A program made the position numbers and the translations under genes. This document shows positions 53,459 through 64,000 of a stretch of DNA of 64,000 nt, one piece after another. Origin of the DNA: Octopus vulgaris (lineage: Eukaryota); NCBI GenBank assembly GCA_951406725.2, contig OX597841.1, positions 18,352,001 to 18,416,000 of the forward strand. Direction: 5' to 3'. The notes under the pieces were generated by a model that was given only the letters and a program-made list of their open reading frames with translations, was not told where the DNA came from and ran no database searches. Each line of letters starts with the position of its first letter. Position 1 is the first letter of the stretch.

Positions 53459-54715
53459 CAAATAAGAAGATGGAGAAACAGTTTAGTTGGCTCATCAGCT
53501 TTCGGATATTAGAATGTTCACTTATTTATTCATTTAACAAAAATGAGAACCTTAATAGTATACATACATACATTGTAATTCAATACATATAAGATAAGAA
53601 TACAAATTATAAAAATCATAATATAAAATATTGAAATCATTAAAATCACTCCTTACAGCTGTTTCAGCCTATGGTTAAAAACACTTATTTTTATTTTTAT
53701 TGCCTATAGTTGTCAGTTATATTGAGGTTGTAGGCATTTAAAAATAGGGGCCCCAGCATGGCCACAGCTCATGAGCTGAAACTGGAATCAATCAATCAAT
53801 CAATCATATATAACCATAGGCCTCGTCATACTGTTTACTAACAAAATAGTGCCAATAGTGGGGATGTATTCTACACACGTATACCTACGTATACGCATAG
53901 ACATGAATGTGTAACAATAGTACTTATTTTTGTTAAGCCTGGAACTTTTCCTATCAGTTCCTTCTTCCAAACTGCTAAGATTCAGGAACGTAAACACATC
54001 AACACCGGTTGTGGTGGGAGACAAACACAGACACACATAGATATATACAAACATATATGTGTGTGTGTGTGTGAGAGGCTTCTTTCAGTTTCCGTTTACC
54101 AAATCCAGTCATAAGGCTTCAGTCAACCCACGGCTATAGTAGAAGACACTTGCCCAAAGTGTCACACAGCAGGATTGAACCCAGAGCCTTGTGGTTGGGA
54201 AGCGAGATTCTTACCACACAGCCACACCTGTACTTATATATATGCTAACACACACACGCACACACATATACACATATACACATACACGCATAAACATACA
54301 TGCATATAAAATAATTATAAAAATAGCATCTACGTTAACAAAACGAACATTATCAACAGCAACAGTTGTTATGATAATAATTATAATTATATATTTATAT
54401 ACACACACGCAAAACAACATTAACAGCAACAAGAATCACGATAAGAACAGGGAAAAACACCAACAACAATAACAAACACAATGAAAGCGAGCCCGGATAT
54501 CAGGTTTAAGGCTAAGAAGCGTTTAGCATAGAACACCTGTTGCAGTTGCAAGATGCCTCTTAAGGAGCAGCAGAGTGTCTGTCTGTGTGTCTCTCTGCCT
54601 GTCTGCCTGCCTGTCTGTCTGTCTGTCTGTCTGTCTGTTTTGTTTTGTTCTGTATACAGTTCTACAGAAATATTATGGCAAACAATGCTTGAGTGATTGC
54701 TGAATGAAAGCACCG

Positions 54716-54764
<49 letters not shown>

Positions 54765-55260
54765 TATGTGTGTATGTTTGTGTGTGCGTATGTGTGTATG
54801 TGTGTATGTTTGTGTGTGTGTATGTGTGTATGTGTGTATGTGTGTGTGTGTATGTGTGTATGTGTGTATGTTTGTGTGTGTGTATGTGTGTATGTTTGTA
54901 TGTGTGTATGTGTGTATGTGTGTATGTATGTGTGTGTGTATGTGTGTATGTTTGTATGTGTGCATGTTTGTATGTGTGTATGTGTGTGTGTTTGTATGTA
55001 TGTTTGTTCGTATATTTGTATGTGTGTATGTGTGTATGTGTGTATGTATGTGAATATATCTGTGATTATGTATATGTGCATGAGTTTAGGCGTACGTGTA
55101 TGTGTGTATGCATGTGTGTATTATGCTTGTGTGTGTACACTCATGCATATGTATGCATGTGTATATGTATATATATGTGTGTGTGTGTGTGTATGTACAG
55201 GTACATCAGTGTGTATATATGTATGTGTATGTGTGCATGTGTGTGTGTGTGTATACATAC
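54716..55260. repeat. compound (TG/TA)n microsatellite
   Basis: Direct inspection. Confidence 0.95.
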
Positions 55261-55504
55261 ATATAATAATAATGATAATAATAATAATATGCAGCATGGA
55301 ATTTTATCAGTGAACAGGTTGCGGTCTCAAAGTGACAAAAATATTTTGGCAAATTAAATTTAAATGTTGAATGGTTTTTGTGTGTTTCTTAAATGGCTTA
55401 TAAACACCTTCCACGCTGCAATTGTTTTTATTTCAGCACACAATCTCCAATCAAGTCACTTGCTATGCAAGTACATCTCCGTAATATAATAATAATAATA
55501 AAAA

Positions 55505-55987
55505 TTGGTACAACCAGAAACCTGAAGACATTGTTGAAAGTAGTAATGCAAAAATCCTATGGGATTTTATGATTCAGTGCAACCATGAGATAGAGAATAG
55601 GGAGCCTGACATAGTCTTAATTGAGAAAGAAAACAAACAATGCTGGATCATAGACATAGCATGCCCAACTGACAACAAGGTATGTGATAAGGAAGGAAGA
55701 AATGTCGAGAGATTCGACAAGTTAGCTTGGGAAGTTAAGCAGTTGTGGTCGATGAAAAAGGTAGCAGTAATCGGAGCCTTGGGAACTGGGTAAAAATCTC
55801 GAGAAGTACGTGGAACAAATAGGGGCTGCAATAAGGGTGGAGCACTTGCAGAAAACAGCATTGCTTGGAACTACTCGAATATTCCGGAAGGTGCTTGAAA
55901 AATAAGGGGTGTTACCTTAGTTCACTGGTAGTGAACAGCTGACACCATAATACATCTCCAGCGTTTGAAGCTGTGCAAAGACCATAA

Positions 55988-56039
<52 letters not shown>

Positions 56040-56052
56040 TAACAATAATAAT
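55505..56052 (+). mobile_element. 5'-truncated R4/Dong-like non-LTR retrotransposon in (TAA)n
   Basis: WYNQKPEDIVESSNAKILWDFMIQCNHEIENREPDIVLIEK..WIIDIACP..IGALG is a PD..D restriction-like endonuclease. (taa)n lies at both ends. Confidence 0.85.
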
Positions 56053-56569
56053 ACCAGTTTCAAATTTTACAAAAGTGCAACCATTTTTGGTGAGGGGATG
56101 AATCAATTAAATTGACCCCAGTGTTTCACTGGTGCTTAATTTATCAACCACGAAAGGATGAAAGGCAAAGTTGACCTTGGTTTGAACTCAGAACATTGCG
56201 ACAAGTGAAATGCCACTAGGCATTTTGTCCAACATGCTAACAATTCTGCCAGCTCACCACCATATTTGATGATGATGGTGATGATGATAACAATAATAAT
56301 AATTTCATTTATTTGCCAGAAGGGTGAAGGATGAGGTGGGTGGACAATAGAGAGACAGACAAAAAGGGTGGGGTGTAATGAAAGGATAATAACAAAATAA
56401 AGTATAGACTGGAGAAGAAGGGACATATGCACAACATACAAAGATAAAAAAAGAGGGAGGATGATAGAGACATGGCCCTCCTGATTCAGGAAGGCCTCTA
56501 AGGATAATCAAGGACCCCTACTGTCCAAGATTTCCCTAAAACCCCAGGAGCAAGTACCCTCTCCAATTC

Positions 56570-56830
56570 CTTCTCTCCGACTCACAGGTTTACACTTTCG
56601 GAGGCACCATCCACTGTTGCTATTCTTGCAACATTCACTCACCTCTTGATAAACTCACTCGAGGACAGCACTTCCCTCTCCACTCCGAATTTCCTTTTCA
56701 AGTGGAACTTGAAGAGGTCAATGAGAGGATTGTATCTGTCCTCAAGCCTTTCAGTCTTGTCCACCAAACAACCTCTTCCACCACAGCCATGAGGCAAAGG
56801 AAAACTGTCTTGCCTGTCTGATTGGAGGAG
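56570..56830 (-). pseudogene. L1/Tx1-like LINE ORF2 C-terminal remnant
   Basis: LIDLFKFHLKRKFGVEREVLSSSEFIKR* resembles L1/Tx1 C-termini. Decayed. Confidence 0.45.
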
Positions 56831-57227
56831 GGCAGTGGTGCAATCTAGAATTAGCCCTATATCTCTCAAATGTATTACCATGTTTGCATAAACATCTTAG
56901 AGCTTGTTTGTGTCTTGTATTAATGTGGTGTGATGTAAATATTTGGTAAAGCTCTTCTAAGCATATGTCATATCTATATCCTACTTAGGAGTACTAATTA
57001 GTCCCCAATCAATACAATAGCTGTTGTTTCTGTCTCTAATTGGCCAAATTAGTTTCTTTAGGCTTGTATTCTTTATTTTTTTCCTACCTCTTAAAGAATT
57101 TGTCTGAAAAAAAGAGAACTGGCCCCTATATAAAAGTATTTTCTTCTCTCTAAGGTAACTTAGCATTTATAGAGCAGGTTCTTAGTTTGACATCTTGAGT
57201 CCAACAGGCAAAAAATTTATCTCTAGC

Positions 57228-57533
57228 ACAGGTGCACAGACGTTTTTGTCTGTGTCTATTATTTGTTGTGTCATTGACTTCACTAGAAATCTCTCCTATT
57301 CTTTCTTCCTTTGGTCTGGTATAATCTCTGAATTCTTTTTGGATATTTGTTTTGGTTCTGCTCTTTCCAGTGGTTTGCCCTTCTATTTCCAGTGAAAAGC
57401 AGAAAAATAGAAAGAGCAGTAGCAAAACAAATATCCAAAGAGAATTCAGAGATAATACCAGACTAAAGGAAGAAAGAATAGGAGAGATTTCTAGTGAAGT
57501 CAATGACACAGACAAAAACGTTTGTGCACCTGT
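57228..57533. repeat. inverted repeat (~125-140-bp arms) abutting (TA)n
   Basis: acaggtgcac..ctgctctttc versus gaaagagcag..gtgcacctgt. Confidence 0.85.
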
Positions 57534-57534
57534 A

Positions 57535-57962
<428 letters not shown>

Positions 57963-58046
57963 TAAACACATAATGGAGTAAACATAAATGTGAAACAAGG
58001 TGGAAAAAGAGTACTCAAATACCAGTGGTAGAGTAATATGCAAAAA

Positions 58047-58084
58047 CTGTCCGACGAACGGCAACGTGAAACTCAGAGTAACAG
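58047..58084 (+). ncRNA. minimal hammerhead ribozyme with U4C core variant
   Basis: ctgt-CCGACGA-acg(gcaa)cgt-GAAAC-tcaga-GTA^acag. Stems I and II are perfect, with a GNRA loop. Confidence 0.75.
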
Positions 58085-58148
58085 GTTTTGTTGAATTTTC
58101 TGCTGCTTTAAATAAAGTATATATACATATACATATATATACATATAC

Positions 58149-58187
<39 letters not shown>

Positions 58188-58255
58188 GAAATAAATAAAC
58201 CAAAGCTGTGTATTCAGCATTACCTGACACCATTACTCTTATACATATATATGTA

Positions 58256-58290
<35 letters not shown>

Positions 58291-58297
<7 letters not shown>

Positions 58298-58657
58298 TTA
58301 GAGACAAAACCACTATTTTGCAAAACAAACAAGGAAAGACTTAATCAATACATAAAATTTTAATAAATAGTCAAAAAAACCGCCACTACAATTGTTTCTT
58401 GTCTTGACTTCATAATTTGAAACTGACTTATTGGAAGTCCACCTGAAGATTGTCGATCAAGACAAGAAACAATTGTAGTGGCGGTTTTTTTGACTATTTA
58501 TTAAAATTTTATGTATTGATTAAGTCTTTCCTTGTTTGTTTTGCAAAATAGTGGTTTTGTCTCTAATAATATTTTATAATATTTTACTATAAAATTGGAT
58601 TTAAACCTAAATCTGATTTTTTTCCCTGTAAATTTGGATTTATTCCCTAATATTTAT

Positions 58658-58660
<3 letters not shown>
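58291..58660. mobile_element. head-to-head inverted hammerhead element in (TA)n
   Basis: 58291-58407 is the reverse complement of ~58457-58573. An exact fragment of the family also lies at ~33550-33622. Confidence 0.88.
58439..58481 (+). ncRNA. minimal type I hammerhead ribozyme (canonical)
   Basis: ccac-CTGAAGA-ttgtc(gatcaa)gacaa-GAAAC-aatt-GTA^gtgg. Confidence 0.9.
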
Positions 58661-58691
<31 letters not shown>

Positions 58692-58696
<5 letters not shown>

Positions 58697-59035
58697 GTGG
58701 TATAAGAAATTTCCTGGACTAGTTCTGTAGTGTGCCAACAGATGGCAGCACACAGTTGCGCGCACAGTGAGAGCTGGTGGGGGACCTTCATGAAGCAGTG
58801 TGCTGAGTGACATCAGTGTGTTTACTTCACGAGTTGTGAAATTTGTGTGTTTGTAACCATGTGTGTCCGCTGTAATCTGTGAATTTTGTCATGGACAGGA
58901 AGTTGGAACAAAGAGCCAATGGGAAATTTTGCGTTAAACTTGGGAAATCTGCTACAAAGACATTGAGCATTTCTTTGGCAAGCTTACAGCAATGAGGCAA
59001 TGGGCTGTATGCAATGTTTCAAGTAGCATGAATGC
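58692..59035 (+). mobile_element. mariner 5' fragment
   Basis: MDRKLEQRANGKFCVKLGKSATKTL../QAYSNEAM mariner N-terminus starting at 58891. Confidence 0.8.
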
Positions 59036-59039
59036 ATGG

Positions 59040-59817
59040 CAGAGCTGCAACTCAATCAAGAGCATGTTCATGTGGGAAGATTAATGGTGGCATAACATCA
59101 CCATCACTAGTGATCTCTCCAAACACCATGATGTTGACTGGATGTTTGATTTCTATCAGTCTCAGTACAGGTTTTGGGGACATGGTAAGCCAATGGTTGT
59201 TCTGTGTGCTCACCATCTGATCCTGGCAGAAATTTCTTGTCTGAGAAAAATCAAATCATGTTCAGATGGAGGGGATTCTTAAGTTTGTTCAAAGCTTCAT
59301 AGCATGGTCTTTCCTCTTGTCCTCGATGGCTTGGGATAAAAATTGGCCCTTTCCCATCTTGTATGAAGGATACCGAATGTCTTCATGCACCTCTTCTGCC
59401 TGATAAGAAACTCAGACTCTCCCATGTCCCTGGTGATGGACCTGATTGACTTGGAGGGATCATTGTCAATCATGGCCTGGAACTGTGTGTTCTTTTATTA
59501 TCAGAAAGATCAGAGTGAGTTTTCTGGGCTACTGTACCTTCATAATCACCATTAGACCCAAATCCCCAGCACTGTCCTCAGATTGACACACAAACTCTCT
59601 GAACTGTTCATATTGGAGCTTCCAGTGCAAATACCAAGCAGTACAGAATGTCATTTCCAAATTTCTGGCAGAGTGAATTGTGTCATGATGGTATTGTTCT
59701 CACAGATGGTGCCCAACTGACCCTACTATACTGTGTAACTGACAAAATCAAAACCAATGAATGAGCATGCACAAAATTAAAAATATAAAATGGTGACAAT
59801 TTACCCATCACACCCTA
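59040..59817 (-). mobile_element. decayed IS630-Tc1-mariner element, maT/DD37D-like
   Basis: Minus strand FFSDK/NFCQDQMVSTQNNHWL..KHPVNIMVFGEITSDGDVMPPLIF. Terminus ta-tagggtg at ~59817. Confidence 0.7.
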
Positions 59818-60229
59818 TATATACCAGAGTAAGCAAATAAATTCGAAACAAGGTGGAAAAAATAGTGATTGGATACCAGAGGTAGAGTAATATGCTTTAT
59901 TAAAAAAAAACAGCAAAAAATCACAAAAACTTATATTTTTGTGATATTTTGCTACTTTTTAATAAAGTATATATATATATACATACATACATATATAAAT
60001 ATATATATATATATGTGTGTATGTATGTATGTATGTAAATGTAAGAGTCTTTCTGTATATATGTATATATGTATGTATTTGTGTGTGTATGCATGTGTGT
60101 GAGTGTGTGTGTGTCTGTGTGATTTGTGTGTGTATGTACATCTGTTTGAATGTGTATGTATGTATGATATGCATGTGTGTGTGTGTGCATGTGTATGTGT
60201 TTGAGCATGTGTGCATATCTGTGTGAATG

Positions 60230-61010
60230 TGTCTGTCTATTTGATATGCATGTACACGTGTATGTGTATGTGTGTGTGTATGTTTGTGTGTGTGTGGTGC
60301 CTATCTGTGGTGTGTGTGCTCATGTGTGTGTGTGTGTGTGTGCTTGTATGTGAGTGTGTGTGTGTGTGTGCTTGTATGTGAGTGTGTGTGTGCGTGTATG
60401 TGTATGTGTGTGGTGTGTGTGCTCCTGTGTGTGTGTGTGGTGCGTATCTGTGGTGTGTGTGCTCATGTGTGTGTGTGTGTGTGTGTTGTATGTGAGTGAG
60501 TGTATGTGTGTGTGTATGTGCTTGTATGTGAGTGTGTGTGTGTGTGTGTGAGTGAGTGTGTGTGTGTGTGTGTATGTGAGTGTGTGTGTGTGCGTGGTGC
60601 GTATCTGTGGTGTGTGTGCTCATGTGTGTGTGTGTGTGTGCTTGCATGTGAGTGAGTGTGTGTGTGTGTGCTTGTATGTGAGTGTGTGTGTGTGTGCTTG
60701 TATGTGAGTGAGTGTGTGTGTGTGTGCTTGTATGTGAGTGTGTGTGTGTGTGTGCTTGTATGTGAGTGAGTGTGTGTGTGTGCTTGTATGTGAGTGTGTG
60801 TGTGTGTGTGTGTGCTTGTATGTGAGTGAGTGTGTGTGTGTGTGTGCTTGTATGTGAGTGTGTGTGTGTGTGTTGTATGTGAGTGAGTGTGTGTGTGTGT
60901 GTGCTTTGTATGTGAGTGAGTGTGTGTGTGTGTGTGCTTGTATGTGAGTGAGTGTGTGTGTGTGCTTGTATGTGAGTGAGTGTGTGTGTGTGTGTGTGTG
61001 TGCCCGTGTG
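60230..61010. repeat. (TG)n-based satellite with higher-order unit (tg)n-cttgtatgtgag
   Basis: Direct inspection. Confidence 0.92.
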
Positions 61011-61264
61011 TGAACAGCACATAAGAAAACCCTTGTGACTGTAAAATTGCAGAATTGCATCCCAGCTGTGTCAACGTTTCTATTTATAGTCAGCTCCATC
61101 TGGTGGAGGAGACTGCATCGCATCACAGACACGCGAGAAAGACGAAGGAGTTGAGGGCTTTTATTGTTATCAAAATAAACAAACATATAAAATAGAATCA
61201 TTTTTTATAATCATCATCACCATCACAACCATCATCATTTTATTACAACTGCTGCTGCTGTTTT

Positions 61265-61597
61265 TCTTATTATTATTAATTATTATCATTATTATCATTA
61301 GTAATTATTATCATCATCATTATTATTATTATTATCATCATCATCATCATCATCATCATTATTATTATTATCATCATCATCATCATTATCATCATCATCA
61401 TCATCATCATTATTATTATTATCATCATCATCATCATCATCATTATTATTATTATCATCATCATCATCATCATCATTATTATTATTATTATTAATTATGA
61501 TCATTACTATTATTATTAATTATTATTAATTATTATTAATTATTATTATTATTATTATTATTACTATTATTAATTATTATCATTAATATTATTATTA

Positions 61598-61628
<31 letters not shown>

Positions 61629-61634
61629 GTAGTA

Positions 61635-61691
<57 letters not shown>

Positions 61692-61725
61692 ACAGTAGTA
61701 GTGGTGGTGGTAGTAGTAGTATTGT
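61265..61725. repeat. compound (ATT)n/(ATC)n/(AGT)n microsatellite
   Basis: Direct inspection. Confidence 0.95.
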
Positions 61726-61886
61726 TACTGTAGTGGATTTGCGAATCTTTGGATAGAAAGCCTTATGGTATTTTGTTTCGTTGAGACAAAACCTTCATGG
61801 CCTCACTCAACCATATGTCAGTGCACATCTGTGTGTGTATACGTATGTATGCATGTATGCATGTATATATATATATATATATACAT

Positions 61887-61941
<55 letters not shown>

Positions 61942-62378
61942 TATATATATATATATCTATATATAACACATAAACAGTCTGCAAGATTGCTTTAAGGTAC
62001 ATGGCATATTTTATAAATATGCCTCTTCAAGTATCATAAAAGCATGAAACTATTAATAGTGCTTTCAGTTGTGTATTTAATTTGATATATCATCATCATC
62101 ATCATCATCATCATCGTTTAACGTCTGTTTTCCATGCTGGCATGGGTTGGACTGTTTGACTGAGGTCTAGAGAGCCAGCGGCTGCACCAGGTTCCAATCT
62201 GATCTGGCAATGTTTATATGTATGTATATATATATATATATATATCATCATCATCATTTAGCATCCGTTTTCCATGCTAGCATAGATATATAGATAGATA
62301 TATATAGATATATTTACACATACACACACACATATATATCGTTGCATCTATCAATCTATCTATCTATCTACCTATCTA

Positions 62379-62413
<35 letters not shown>

Positions 62414-62485
62414 ATCTATCTATCTACCTATCTATCTATCTATCTATCTATCTGTCTGTCTATCTACCTACCTATCTACCTACCA

Positions 62486-62547
<62 letters not shown>

Positions 62548-63299
62548 ATATCTATCTATCTATCAATCTATCTATCTACCTATCTATCTATCTACCTATC
62601 TATCTATCAATATGTTTGTCTGTCTACCTACCTATCTATCTATCTATCTCTCTCTCTCTCTCTATATATATATATAAAGCACAGGTGTGACTGTGTGATA
62701 TAATGTTTTCTTCTCATCTACACATCTCCAGGTTCAGCACATTGGGCTTTCTATTGTAGCTGCTGGTCAACCAAAGCCACGTGAATGGATTTAGAAGATG
62801 GAAACTGAAAGAAGCCTGTCACATATATAAAGATAGACAGATAGACACATACATACATACATACATGCATGTATATATACAGGTAGTCACATGTCCAAGA
62901 GAAGAGAAGGCTCACATCACACATTTGCAGTTCAAGAATAGGAGATTGCTACTAAATACCAAATCAACAAAAGAAACAGTGAAAGCGTTGGAGTTCCAAG
63001 ATGCAAGTGAAAATGTAGCTTGTGTCATATTTCTGTGGAAGGCATCCCACATGTGGCATCCCACATGTGGCATCCCACATGTGAATAGCAGCTTGCCAAA
63101 ACTGTAATCTCTGCAATGTGACACTGTTGCAGAATAAATATACAAAGCCATCCAGAAAGTCTGTCTTGTAAGCTTTTTTCTCTTTGATTTTTCAGAGATA
63201 TTCACATCATCAGGACAGCTGACCTCTCTGATGGTGCTAGAGACATTTTCTTGTCTCTCCCAAACAACAGTATTCAGCCTGTTACGCTTACACTTACTC

Positions 63300-63692
63300 C
63301 TTTGCTCTTTTACTTGTTTCAGTCATTTGACTGTGGCCATGCTGGAGCACCACCTTAAGTCGAGCAAATCGACACCAGGACTTATTCTTTGGAAGCCTAG
63401 TACTTATTCTATCAATCTCTTTTGCTGAACCGCTAAGTTACAGGGACGTAAACACACCAGCATCGGTTGTCAAGAGATGTTGGGGGGACAAACACAGACA
63501 CACAAACGTATATACACACACACACATATATACATACATATATATATATACGATGGGCTTCTTTCAGTTTCCGTCGACCAAATCCACTCACAAGGCTTTA
63601 GTAGAAGACGCTTGTCCAAGGTGTCACGCAGTGGGACTGAACCCAGAACCATGTGGTTGGTAAGCAAGATACTTACCACACAGCCACTCCTA
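63300..63692 (-). mobile_element. SINE family A
   Basis: Family match with a small internal deletion. Confidence 0.9.
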
Positions 63693-63837
63693 TGACTATG
63701 TATATATGTATACATGCAAAATGAAAGAAAGCAAAAGGGGGAACTTTCAAATGATGAACGATAAATTTATAAGTATAAATATATATACTTACATAGATAT
63801 GTCCATCTTAGCGTACAAATGAGAAAGAAATTTTAAT

Positions 63838-63871
<34 letters not shown>

Positions 63872-64000
63872 ACGTCTGCAATTGTCAACGTTGCTAAGTG
63901 CAATAGTTAGTGTGTGAACATACTGATAACATTCTGACCAATCAAGAATGAACTGAGCAACAATGGAGAAGTATAATGTCTCAGTTTCTCTTTTAAAGCA

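Noticed and set aside
62880-63240. Possible exon (ORF 62781-63107) with a 14-bp x3 tandem
   Set aside because: No recognisable domain or clear splice sites, and the ORF start lies in a SINE and microsatellite.

Overview
AT-rich eukaryotic DNA saturated with microsatellites and transposable elements. The repeat families (tRNA-derived SINEs, RTE-, CR1-, Dong/R4- and Penelope-like retroelements) point to a cephalopod, probably Octopus; this is inferred from recalled repeat families and was not searched. No host protein-coding gene could be identified with confidence. Almost all ORFs in the supplied track are microsatellite or SINE read-through artefacts, and the rest are decayed transposon fragments (RTE, CR1-like, R4/Dong, L1/Tx1-like, Penelope GIY-YIG, mariner, maT, Tc1). 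The main signal lies outside the ORF track. At least 9 sequence-distinct non-coding families carry minimal type I hammerhead ribozyme motifs (stem I - CUGANGA - stem II - GAAAC - palindromic stem III - GUH - stem I'). They include a U3-A8 compensatory core variant, a U4C variant and long stem II extensions. Some occur as ~363-bp and ~485-bp tandem (retrozyme-like) units, one follows a tRNA/Pol III head, and many form head-to-head inverted pairs inserted in (TA)n tracts. A Penelope GIY-YIG remnant with its own hammerheads lies in the same window. One inserted tract ends within 0-2 nt of the predicted self-cleavage site.
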